DNA from: Lama glama
Lineage: Eukaryota
NCBI GenBank assembly: GCA_028534125.1
Contig: JAPYYK010000263.1
Coordinates: 682,001-746,000 of the forward strand
DNA: 64,000 nucleotides
Direction: 5' to 3'
Position 1 is the stretch's first letter, and every line of letters begins with the position of its first letter. The position numbers and the translations under genes were made by a program. The notes under the pieces were generated by a model. The model was not told where the DNA came from. It did no database searches and was given only the letters and a program-made list of their open reading frames with translations. This document shows, in pieces, positions 13,132 through 25,379 of the stretch.

Positions 13132-14389
13132 TTCCTCTATATTCTCTCTTTCATCCAAAATCTTGTTTTTTCCTTGCCCTTCATATCCTTTTTTCCAGGA
13201 GTATAAATATTATACAGACTAAGCAATTAAATTTCCTATTGCATGAACTTGTCATTGTTCCTCACGTCACAAAATTAACAGAACTTCCTATCCTTAACAG
13301 TCATATCCATCTTTTTTTTCCCCAAACTATTCCTACAACCCCCACTAATTCATTCAATCTCCCTCTTTTTCTCATTAAACTATTTTTATTTTAAAATCTG
13401 CTCAGATGTTGTAACAGAACTGCTTTTAAAGGAATTACAGTTTTATTCAACACATGATGTTCGAGAGTAAAGCAAATTAAAATGGCTATAAATGAAGGCT
13501 CCAATTTCTACTCAATTCTTTATTTTAATCCAAAAAGTTAGCTCCATTTTAAGAACCCTAACTCTGTGATTTCAGTCAATGCTATTGCCAAAGAAAGTTT
13601 CATCTCAATTTTGAGATGCCCAAAAGAACATTAGAGTTGCATATGCAGATATATGAGCAGAGAAATATTAATGCTTTTCCTGTCTTCACTGCTCAGAGAA
13701 ATTAAGAATTTATTTCCCCTTGAGGTTTAAGGAAAAAAATCTAATTTGTTCAACTTTATTTTTTAAATAGTACTCTTTCTGCAGGATATTGCCATCAAGC
13801 TGACTTTCCTTCTCATTACCTAACCCTTATTACTCTTCTTAAATGTGTACAGGCTTCATGTGAATTCCAATATGTTTCCCTCCTGTATCAAAGGCCCTTA
13901 AGACTCCTTTCAGCATTTTTTCCCCCGTGGCCAGACCCGGCTTCCTCCTTGCAGCTCTCCGTTGGTCAGCTCTCTTTTTCATTTGCCAGGTGTTTATTTA
14001 TCACCTACAAATCAATATCCAGAGAGTCTACCATGTGTTGAGTCCTATGTTATGAATGTGGCACTGTCCACCAAGGGTTGTCAGTAACCTGGGCAACCTT
14101 CCATACGCAGTCCTTCTCTTGACCTAAAGATCACTAGCAACCCCCTACATATGTCTGCTTCTCTACTAGCTAGGACATGTTGGGGTGAAGTCTCCATTTT
14201 CTCAGGCCTCTAAATACAACGTGTCCAGTTCAAGACACATCTTCTCCAGATTCAACTTCTGGCTGGTAGCAAACAAAGAAGACAGAGGAACCTGCAAAAT
14301 GACATCTTGGAGACAGCCAAAAGAACACCCAGAAGGCAGGAGCTTTCTGGGGGACGCTGGCTCATCCCTTTGACAAGTCACTGTCAATG

Positions 14390-14845
14390 AAAGGAACTGT
14401 GCCAGGTTAAAAGCTTGCAGGGCAAAACATCCAGGTGTGATGTGATGTTCTGGATTGGAGACTGGGTTAGACAAAACAGCTATAACGGACTTGTTTAGAT
14501 TGTCTGGGGAAACCTGCATGTGATCAGGGTATTAGATTAGATGCAGATGTACTGAAGTGGACAAGTAGAGATCAGTGACTAAAGAGTAGGCTGCAAAACC
14601 ACACGTACAGCTTATGGTTAAAAATTCCACGGTATTTTATACTTATTTTTTTTCAAATTGAAGTATAGTTGCTGTTACATACTATTTTTCCAAAGTGATC
14701 GGAAAAAATATGTGTTAAGGTGTTACCAGTAGTGATATCTGGGCGGCAGGAATGTGGGGTTTTAATAAAACAAATTTTTGTTTGGTTACATTTTCTAATT
14801 TTCTACAATGCCTGTATACGGCTGTAATAATAAAAAGTTATTTTT
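14390..14845 (+). mobile_element. L1MC-like 3' fragment
   Basis: gtgatgtgatgttctggattggagactgg...ttttctaattttctacaatg. Confidence 0.55.
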
Positions 14846-16542
14846 TCACATGACTCATTTTCTCCCAGAAGACTTATCTCGGAAATTTCACACCCACTGA
14901 CTACACCGTGACTCTCTAGGATTTGAGCACATCCTAAGCACAGTTTATGCTAAACTATCACACTCGGTTCAAGTTCTCTGGTGGTTTTTTGGTCTGTGGC
15001 CCTTGTCTGTATTCTCCGACTGGAGTCCCCAATCACACCTGACAGAGTATTTCTTTAGTGTGTATAATGCCTGTGTAATTAGTAGATTCCTGCTGCCAAC
15101 ATGGCTGGTAATATAAACAGGAAGAATGAATGTGAAAAATCTCAGACTCATTAGGATAAGAAGGAGTGGTACATGAATTTACATATACACAGGTAACATA
15201 TTTTACCCCAAACACAATAGCCACACTACTAAAAAGTCCTATTCAATACCACAATTAATCTATAAGACTATCCTATTCTTCAATATTAGTAGGCTAATTA
15301 ACATACATTACAACCACATAATTCGAATATATAGACTTTTCAAAACCTATACTAATCTCTGGAAACAACACAGGTTTTGTGAGAAATTCAGATAAGTACA
15401 TACATCTTTATTTGTATCTAATGTGATTTCGAAGGTGTCCTCATAAAACTTCTCAAAAATTATGGGTAATAAAAAACTGCAGATGTTTTATCTAACTTCC
15501 AGGAAAGGCTGATAAGTAGGAAACCCAAAGGAGATGTGCAAATAGATGTTTACGTTAATGAATCCTTTCAAAAACTTGCTTCATAAAAGAACTTGGAACT
15601 GAGCACAGCGACTCCAATTCAAAGCCCTGCCCAGACAACATTTAAGTAAATTTTCTAAAAAGGCATTAAAATGAAACAGTACAGATTTAATTCATCCCTA
15701 GCTTTCCACGTCAGACCCTGAACCTCAGGTCTGGTACCAAGAAACTAAAAACACTCTTCGCCTTATATAAAAACGCGACAGTCAACAGAAATTCATGCAC
15801 TGAATTACGAGCAGAGAATTTTTCATTCCCATTAAAAACTAGTTTTGCTTTTCCTTTGCCTTTTTCTCTTTGGGGGTGGGGGTAGGGGGAGGATGTGTTT
15901 TCTTAACATAAGTTGATTTAAGGTTCTCTTCAAAAATCCCTGTCTCTCTAATTATTTGAGTTGGCTGTAACACCGAGTCCTCTTTTAGACCCGATATATC
16001 AAGTTCTAACTGTTCTCTAAAGTTGTGCTCACACATTCAGTTTCAGTAAAAACGCATGTTGTTCTATACAGATGGGGTCAGTTGCTGAGAAGGTTTACCA
16101 AAAGATGAGCTGCTACTAAGTAACTCTGATATTAAATTATTTCAATTTGCTATATATCCTGATATATGCTGATATTTCAACAATGTTCTGAATTCATAAA
16201 GCACCTCTTCACCCCAGGGTTTAGAAGTTTCATTTGAACATAAATCCATTAATCTCCCAAACTGCCCTATGAAGTCAAAAGAGTATACTCTAACTCTGCA
16301 TACAAAATACTTCCAGAATGAGCTTATAAATCAGTCATGTTTTCAACCATATGAACAGAGAACTACAACTATTCCTCTTCCCAACAGAGAAACAAGAAAA
16401 TTCCATATAGAGGTTGACTTTAAATAATCTCCTGTAAATATTTTAAGACTGAAAACATTTTTTCTACCCTGTTAAAAAGACACATTTCAAAAATAAACAT
16501 GCGGCAGATACGAGGTTGCTATAAATTCTGAAAATGGCTTAC

Positions 16543-16615
16543 CTATTAATGTAACTGAGGGCAACATAGGTTGGCTGCTGTAATTCTTGTTTTTCTAAAA
16601 CACGTGGATCTGTAT
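16543..16615 (-). CDS. JAZF1: JAZF1 exon 2 (73 bp internal coding exon, approx. residues 39-63)
   Basis: Minus strand reads gtgtttttatttcag|ATACAGATCCACGTGTTTTAGAAAAACAAGAATTACAGCAGCCAACCTATGTTGCCCTCAGTTACATTAATAG|gtaag. With phase 1 in and phase 2 out it translates (D)TDPRVLEKQELQQPTYVALSYIN(R). This matches the JAZF1 segment after the first C2H2 finger (...EDNHIDTDPRVLEKQELQQPTYVALSYINRFMTDAARR...) as recalled from the human protein. Confidence 0.97.
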
Positions 16616-16738
16616 CTGAAATAAAAACACAATTATGATTTTTCAGCTTTTGCATCAGAATATACGAGGCTACCTAACCTAAAATAACAGAGGTTAAAGA
16701 GAGAAAAAGATTAATTTAGTATACCTCTTTTTAAAGAA

Positions 16739-16982
16739 NNNNNNNNNNNNNNNNNNNNNNNNNNNNNNNNNNNNNNNNNNNNNNNNNNNNNNNNNNNNNN
16801 NNNNNNNNNNNNNNNNNNNNNNNNNNNNNNNNNNNNNNNNNNNNNNNNNNNNNNNNNNNNNNNNNNNNNNNNNNNNNNNNNNNNNNNNNNNNNNNNNNNN
16901 NNNNNNNNNNNNNNNNNNNNNNNNNNNNNNNNNNNNNNNNNNNNNNNNNNNNNNNNNNNNNNNNNNNNNNNNNNNNNNNNNN
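16739..16982. other. Assembly gap (244 N)
   Basis: Run of N. Confidence 1.
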
Positions 16983-19852
16983 CAAATTAGTTGCTATTGG
17001 AAAACTCCATCAATTTGAAAATCTACTGAGTATTGTTCTTATTCACTGAACACTTTTCTGGGTTTGGATTCACATTCTGGAGAGCAACTCTTTTCCTTTT
17101 TAATTGTATAATGAATGTATTTTCTAGACTCTCAATCAGAAATTCTCATGCTGGTGCTGAATCCACAAACACCACATTCATCAGAGGGTTTTTTTCCCCC
17201 TTGAAGAGATAGAATTCAACACCATAGCAACCTTCCCTAATGGTGCATCTCCAACACAGCACCAAAAATGCACTTTTCACAAGTAGAAATGTTTTCTCAA
17301 ACCTCTCACATTGAGAAACAATTGTGGTAAATATATGCAAAAACGACGTTCCTACAGTAAGACTATAAAGAAAAGAAACTGAACATGTTTTTGTTTTCTT
17401 AGAGAAAGGTTCAGACATTTCACACCGATTTCTTTTCATTACAACCGCGTTTAAAACCATCTCATTATTAGAACTCTTCCAGCTGCACTTGGCAATAACA
17501 CCTTCTTTGATGTAATGACAGATGTTGTTTCAAGCACCTTTGTACGGGAAATGCTGACTGCAAGTGGTAGATGTAAGACGCACATGCTGACTCCACAGTG
17601 CCTTCACAGGCGAGGGGGGAGGGGGTGCAGACACAGTGGCACAGATCACGGGGGAGTAAAAATGACAGCATAAAAATCAATTTGCAATGCTTTCCACCCC
17701 TAGACTAAAACTGGACAGTAGTGGCAATTTTATTCTTGGTGTTAAAGTTAAGAATCTCATGTTCCCTTTATTGTTTTTCCTATGCCAAGAATTTCAGGGA
17801 CATACTATTCAGAAATCCCACTTCCTGGGTCTTTGCCATCGCAAGTCCATGAAAGCCAAATTCTGAAACAAGAGACAAAGGTTCTCTGAATGGCTCCATC
17901 AAGTCGGGTCTCAAGGTTTTGGCAGAGCCAGTGAGAACACATCAGTAACTCAGCGTTTCCTCTCCCTCCTACGATGATTACATAGGCAACTGAGACAGAT
18001 CACTGGCCTACAGATACAACCCACGGTTCTCTAAATACACGGAAACCACTCTTCAAGGGAACCAGTTTTGAAACACAACCTTTGCTCACACTCATCTAAG
18101 TTTGCTGGAGCCCCAAAGTATATCCATGCTGCTGAGAGGAATGCTTTGTGTCCCCTGGAGAGGAGTCAGTAGAACAGGCTCACCGGGGAGAGGTGTTCTA
18201 TCCCCAGAAGCGTCCACTGGGATGCTGAGTGGGCCATGTGTGCAAATGGTGACTTGACAGACCAATCCTGCAAGGTCTTTGCAGGTGCTTTAACGAGGTA
18301 AGAAACAAGAGATTGGAGACACAACCCACGAAAATGAAAACAAAAAAGAGGAAGACAAGAAAGAACATGGCAATGACTGCAAATGTCTGGAAGATTTCTC
18401 AAGCACTCACAAAACAGTTTCACCTCAAATTTAGGCACTGATGACTGAGACACTTGGCTTCTGAGACAGGGACCTGAACCTGATTCACTGAAATGCATCT
18501 CTTCACAGAGACATCTGGTGCATGATTATATCAGGTATATTATTTTGAAAGAAAAGAGCACTGCTTTGAGTCTAAAATGTGTGGATAAAGGGGAAGAGAG
18601 TTCAGAGCCCAATAAACATTTTTATGTTTTCCACTGCTGCCTGTATTCCTGTAACCAAAGTTTAGTCTAACAGTATTCCCACAAACCATCTTCTAAAGCT
18701 TTGTTTCCAAATTGTATAATTTCTAAAGTATTTGAAATACAACCTCTCTAAGCGACCTTGACTTATTTATTTTTATTAGTGCACACGCATGTGTGTGCTT
18801 GTACACCTACACACAGACACGCATTTGCATTATTCTTTTCTTCTTCACATTCCAGTACCTCTTTGGGGAAGGGGAAGAAAGCATATTATATAAAATTCTA
18901 CAGTTCTCTGACGTCCATGCAAATAAATGGTGTTGGCCACTGACATTCACACGAACTGCATCTTCAAATCTTGTTTCACAAAGAATTAAGAATGTTTGCA
19001 TTCTATTTGCAAGGCTTTGAAATACTGCTTTCTCACTTTGTTCCACCACCTTCCATAACCTATGCTTGACTCATGCTCACATATTCTCAAATTATGAGTG
19101 GTGAAATGGGCTCCCAGAAGCTTCTAAATGCCACTCTCTCTGTAAAGACCACACGGAAGCTCCTCAGGCAGGATTCTCCTGTCTTTCTAGAAGGCGGACT
19201 CCAGTAAAGACAAGAAAGTTGAACTTCTAGACAGACGTCCACCAGGCCTGAAACATCTTTTTCACATTTAATGTTTCCTCGGGCGACCTTTAGAACATCT
19301 ATTAAAGCTTTGCATTCTTAAAACGAAATTAGGCACTTGGTGTCCACAAACCAGGAGAAGCCTGCACAAGTGCTACTGGGTGCAAAGCATCAGCTGCTGG
19401 TCACTCGTAAACACGAGCACCACCACTCGCCTCCTGGCTGACTGGTGTGCGGGGATCGTGGCTCACCACTTTATGGATTTAATTACACTGCTGGGCCCTT
19501 TACATTCAGTATAAGTATAACAGCTGCCTTCATGATTCCTCCCCTCCTGGCGGAAAAGTAACTGATGTTAAAAACTCTCTACATGAAAGGATTAGAGTGA
19601 CAGACTAGGGTTTTCACCTCAGGATGATGACAGAGACGGAAGGCCATCATCAGAGTGAACTGGAGACAGTATGCGTTGGAGATGACTGACCACAATAAAA
19701 AGAAATTCCTTATACCATGGGCCACACCACTTTTTTTTTTCATAAGTTGCTACAGTAAGAAATGTGCTATGAATTGCAATGGTCACAGCACACAATCTCC
19801 CCCAGATACTTCTCTGGCTTGTTTACGGCACTGATAACAACATGAACCTGAA

Positions 19853-20069
19853 AAATGGTATTATTTCATTCTTTTTTATGGCACAAACTACTATATATAA
19901 AATAGATAAACAACAAGGTCCTACTGTAGAGCACAGGGAGCTATATTCAATATCCTGTAATAACCCATAATGAAAAAGAATATATATTTATGTATAACTG
20001 AATCATTATTCTGTACACTAGAAACTAATGCAACCTTGTAAATCAGCTATATTTCAATAGAAAAAAAAA
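19853..20069 (+). mobile_element. 5'-truncated L1 3' end with a short inverted 5' piece
   Basis: 19883-20069 is a sense L1 3'UTR (aactactatatataaaatagataaacaacaaggtcctactgt...polyA). 19853-19882 is an antisense L1 ORF2-end segment. Confidence 0.85.
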
Positions 20070-21799
20070 TGTGAAGCCAGAACACTAGCTACTACTGCCT
20101 ATAGATAATATCCACCCCAGGATAAGGTCTGTGGGATAGAAACACTTGCATTTTTAATAGCCACGTGATGTTCCTTCAACTGGCAAGTGGCAAGAAAGTG
20201 AGCATTCCCAGCATGCAGCTATCTACAGCCCCATATAACAACAGTCTGCCACTTTTATATCACAAAGAAGTGACAGGAAGATAAACCCAAACTTTCTCAG
20301 TAGGGCAAGGCACAGCCAAAAAAAGCACAGAGATGGCTGTTTTCTGTCTCATATCACCCCCTGCACACTCACAGGTTTCAAGCTGACTGAAGGCTAAGAG
20401 AATTCAAATCTTAACGGGTATTTTAAAATACCCAAGCAATAAAAACCTATCAACTTACTTCAAAGTTTCTCAAACACATCATGCTCCCAAGCAGACGGCA
20501 ATGTACCTCTTCCACCATTCTTATTTCGGGGTAACAGCTTGCACGCACAGCTCTACAGTAAGGACTAGACACACAAAGTGGGAGCTTTCTGTAGCTCATA
20601 TGGTCCCACTGACCTGTGGTTTTATAGATTCAATTAAGTGGCAAAGGGCTCAATGTCGCAGCACCAGCTCCCATTACTTCTCAAGTAGTGAAGGAGGAAA
20701 GCCAGGCAGATGGCAGAAATAGGAAAGGACAGACTTCAAACCCTTTTCAGTAGGAACTAGAGTTAAATATGATCAAAGAAGGGCAAACAACACATCTTGT
20801 TCGATCAGAGAGGCCTGTGTTCATCAGCTCTGCTACCTCTGGTATTGGGAACCAATGGCAACCAAGTGTCTGGATTTGGGAATCTACGTTGAGTCTTTCA
20901 TAGTGCTATCTTCAAGCTTGCGTGAAAACTCTATCAAGGTTGTTTTCTGGGTTAACTGAGGCTAATTGATGAGCTTATAGGCTTTGGCTATGCTTTAACT
21001 AGTCTACATTGCTAGGATTTTATATACCTGGAATTAGTTTCAATTTAACAAAATCGGAAAGCAACCATACTACTGATCAACTGGACTAATGAGACCTCTA
21101 TCCGCAATGAGCTATCTGCAGGCGGGGGTGGGAGGGCAGCAGTGAGGAGGGAATATGGTATCAAGCCCCCGTGAGGTCTTCTTCAAATTCTATATCCTCC
21201 AAACACCAGGCTTAGTGTGTAGGGCAACAGTGGGAGGCTGGAGACGATGTGGGTGGGCAGGCAGTGGGCGACTTACAGCCCTGGAAGACCTTGGGAAGGC
21301 AAAGGCCCACCCAGCCAGATGAGTGCTATAGAAGCTCTTGGATGGAAACTCCACTTTTCTTTGGACTCACTTGGTAATAATTAATGGGCACAGTGTGTTC
21401 TCAGTTTTCCGCCCCGCAACAGTTGGAACTCATAAAGCTACAGAGTTTTAGTTTACCCAGCAGAGCCTTCCGCAGCATCCCTGGCTGAGTATGTTCATCC
21501 CTCCTCCTTTTTCTGCACCACCTCATTCCCAGCACCACCCAGCACTTGGGTCACTGCAGAGGCCAACTCTGGGTATATCTTTTCCCCTTTCCATGCTTCT
21601 CAACCATCTTAACTTCTTTCATCCCTCCAGCACTCACCTCAGTGCCAGGCATGTAGGAGATGCACAGCAATTATTAAATGGATACACTAATTCTGTGATG
21701 AGAGAATGGAAGCCTTTTGGTCAAACATGGCAGATGATCAAGGGCATTTGTTTCCTTCACCTGCCATAGCCCTATTAAGGTAGAAATAGAGGAATAATT

Positions 21800-22465
21800 A
21801 AAAAAAAAAAAACAGGGATAGAAAAAAGAAACGGGAGATGTCAGCAGACAAGTGATTTCAACCAGGGTTTTGGAAGATGGAAAACCCATCCAGGAGTGAC
21901 AAGTGACCTAGACAGTAGAGGAAGCTACAGCCTTAAGTGCCTGCAGTGGGGAAACGCACATGCCAGGAGGTGAACCCCCTGTAGAAGCCCTGGACTTAGA
22001 GGTGCCATGTACTGCAAACAGCAAGGGAAGGGAAGATTCAGGGCTGAAAAGAAAAGAATTGTTTAAAAGGTTGGTTACCTACAGACACTGAGCCAGGAGA
22101 CCAAGCACAGCACAAGTAGAGGGGCAGTGGGGAGAACACAGCGCTGAAAACAAGGGGATTCGTGCGGAAATACACCTACTCTACTGGTCCCAAGTGGCAG
22201 CCAGTCAGGAGGATTCCTCTCTGATTAAGTGAAGTGGGCACAGGGATGAGATTGCCAGATGCTGACATCTGGCGGTTCCCTGATTAAACAATCTCCCCGC
22301 AGAGAAGTCCATGGTCAACAAGCTTTATCCATGCCTCCATCCAGAGCCTCCCATCAGCTTTTTATTGCCTCAGTCTTAAATGGGAACCAAGAACAGTCAA
22401 AGAACGATCATTAGGCATGTGAGGGAAAGTCTTGAACATGAATGGGAGATACCAAAACAAACAAA
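21800..22465 (+). mobile_element. Ancient L1M 5' region fragment
   Basis: Degenerate L1 5'UTR/ORF1-like sequence (agagcctcccatcagctttttattgcctc...gaacagtcaaagaacgatcattaggcatgtgagg). Confidence 0.5.
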
Positions 22466-22852
22466 TGGCAGGAGACAGGGAGACAAGAGCAAAGGAGCAG
22501 ACAAATTGAGGCTTGGAAAGTTAAGTGACATGCCTATTTACACAAATCAAGTTAACAGCAGGGTGAGGACCAGAAGCCCTGCATCCTGAGACCCATTAGC
22601 CCACCACTCTGACCATTAAAAAGGCCGCTCATCCTCTGAAGTCAATTCATTGCTACCATCCAGTTGTAACACTGGCCTCCATACAATCTTTAGAGCTTTC
22701 TTAAAAGGCCAGCAGAGTTCTGTTGTGACTTTCATTCCACTTTTAGGACTGAATTTTGATGAACCAACAATTTACAAAGACCAGCTTTTAATTCACAGCT
22801 AGTTTACTTCAGCTGCTGAAATAAGTATTTCTTGCTGGCAACGGTCCTTTCA

Positions 22853-22892
22853 AAAATAAAAAAAAAAACCAAAAAAAAAAAACCAAAAAACC
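22853..22892 (+). repeat. A-rich simple repeat
   Basis: aaaaataaaaaaaaaaaccaaaaaaaaaaaccaaaaaacc. Confidence 0.85.
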
Positions 22893-23943
22893 CTACAATT
22901 GCACAGAACCAGCCTCTGAATGGATCAACTTTTCCTTCGTTTATAGACACGTCATTTGAAACTTTTCCCAAGCCGTAATTTCCATTACAGGGCAGTCAGT
23001 GCAAATTACAGTGAGATTCTTGCCTTTCCAAATTCAATGTGAAATCCAGATGCAGTTAAGTGTTGCTGTAAACTTTATGAGTTAAATATCTAAAAGTTGG
23101 GGATGCTGTGCAGTACAATAACACCATCTATTAAAAAGCATTCATGTTCCCATTTGTAGCCTGAGTTTTCCTCCACAAGTGAATGGATAAACATTATTCA
23201 ACCAGGAACCATTTGGACAATGCCCTAGGAGGCTCATTTATAAACAAACACAGCATTATGCAGCATTTCCAGTTTCCAGCATGGCCAGAGGGTTAAAGTT
23301 ATAAGAAAGAGACAGTTCTGAGGAGGATGCTTTCTAACTCTTTACCAACCCATCAGACTCCTAGGGTCACTCATGACCACTTGAGAGTGGTACCTATTTT
23401 CCTTAAGTATAAGATGTGTTGCCTTATATGTCTGACCTACCTGTCCATACTCTGTAGCAGTGACAGGGTGTTATTTATCCATGCAAACTCTCGCCCTGTT
23501 ACTTGGGACAATAGAGACTGCCAGAGCCCATCATGGCTGCCAGGTATGCTTCTGCAGTGACAGAGAGGAGAGAAACACAGACTCATGCATAGTGACTGTC
23601 TAGTATATACAGATACTTACATAAAAATATATATACCAGTAAGCATAGATGTGCAGAGGGCTACAAAATGATGCAAAATTCAGATAATGGTTGTGGGGGG
23701 AGCGGACAGAAAGGGCTAATCTGGGAAGGATTTACTGATGAACAAGAACTGAGCTGGGTTTTGAAGGAAAGGGGTTAGGGATAGGGAGTCGTTCATAGGT
23801 GAGTTTGGGGGATCTAAAAAATGGTGTGAAGTTTGAAGCAGAAAGCACAGGTGAGAAGCCTGTGTGTGGGCATTATGGAAAGGTAGCAGAGCTGAAGAGC
23901 CAATATTCATTAGTTATAAAATACTTATAGAGATACTTTATAA

Positions 23944-24194
23944 CAGTGGTTCTGAACTCTGGGCAATTTTGCCTCCCCCACCACCCTCCCCACGGGGCAT
24001 TTGACAATATCTGGAGATAATTCAGGGGAGGATGCTACTGGCATCTAGCAGCCGGTGGAGGCCAGGGATGCTACTAAACATTCTACAATGCACATACAGG
24101 ACAACACCCCCCACCCCCACATCCCAACAAAGAATTACCTGCCTAAAATGTCAACAGTTTACTGTCAACAAAATAGAGGGGTGGAGAAACCCTG
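23944..24194 (+). mobile_element. MER20 (hAT-Charlie)
   Basis: cagtggttctgaac...gatgctactggcatctag...gaggccagggatgctactaaacattctacaatgcac...gagaaaccctg. Imperfect 8-bp TSD ctttataa/ctttagag. Confidence 0.85.
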
Positions 24195-25379
24195 CTTTAG
24201 AGCTCAATGAGTATTATGAGAATGGAGCTATTGCTCCTAGATTGCTTCTAGATGATAATTTCTGTTATTTTCTGTGGTCTAAACCAAGAGGCCAAAAGGC
24301 TGGTTAGGAGGCTACAAGAGATATAAGAGGTTGTTACGACTTAAGAGCTCTGACTTTCTTCATGGAGACTCAAACTGAATTCATTTCAAGAAAGACATTC
24401 AAATTCTTGCCATGAGCTAGTTGCACAAGGGAAATTCTGTCAGTGGATTCATGACTGAGCAAGAAAGACAACACAATTCACAGTTAACAATAATCCAAGA
24501 CAGACTGTGATGTGTGTCAACCCAGAGAACTATACTCACTGCTGGAGAAACAACATGGCTCTCTGGGAGAATCAGAGAAACTTCCAGAAAGAAAATATTT
24601 CATGGGCCCACAAGCTGGAAGTTTCAAAATGTTCTCCAGGAGTTCAGATTTAATTCTGCCAATGACGGAGAGCCTCAGAAAGAACAAACTCATATGGTCC
24701 ATGTTTTGGAAAAATAACTGGTGGTGGTGTGGAGAATGGGGGAGAAACTGGAATACAGAAATACAAGATTTGGTGAAAGCAGAGATGGAAATACACGATT
24801 TTCCTTGTGTTACAGAACTGAGTGCCTCATTACTAAAAGTAAGGAAATAACAAAGTGAAAAGGGTCTGACAGGCAAGAAAAGGAGTTCTGCTTCTGATGT
24901 GTGGGAAGACATTTTGCAGAACCGAGAAGTCTGGGCCTCAAAGGAAGGAGAGATAACGGACTCAAGACACAGATAGGGACGGGAAGCGCTGAAGAATCCC
25001 ATCGTAATGCCGCGCATTCCAGCAGGCACTGGAATCAGACCGGGTCCCCCCCAACAAAACAATGATATACAGCAAAAGCCCGACTACCCTGAGTCAACGC
25101 TTGGTTATCATAAAGCTCAGCCAATTCATCAGGAAGCACTGACTGAGGACCTAGGAGGCCTAGCAGAATTCCAGCAGGGCTAAAGAAAAGCACATTTGAA
25201 ACGGACTATTTGGAAAATTTCACAAGGGAGTGAATATAAAAGATTGGGATAAAAAGAGAACTGAGTCAAAAGTGTCCCCAAGTTGAGTGTTTTAAATGAT
25301 TTGATATCTGAGCCTCTAAGGCTCACTGTTGTCGTTACCTTCTCATCGGAATCCCTGCTCTCACTTCTTGGTATTAAGA

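Larger units (their letters stand above)
1..16542 (-). other. JAZF1: JAZF1 intron 2 (5' part)
   Basis: Begins with the GTAAG donor at 16542-16538. The exon 3 peptide (FMTDAARREQ...) was not seen in the window. Confidence 0.88.

Noticed and set aside
20416-20433. Perfect 18-bp palindrome gggtattttaaaataccc
   Set aside because: A 9-bp-arm palindrome is expected about 0.24 times per 64 kb at uniform composition, and more often in AT-rich DNA.
24517-25062. Longest listed ORF (181 aa, minus strand)
   Set aside because: No recognisable domain, partly overlaps degenerate L2-like sequence, and its length is plausible by chance in 64 kb.
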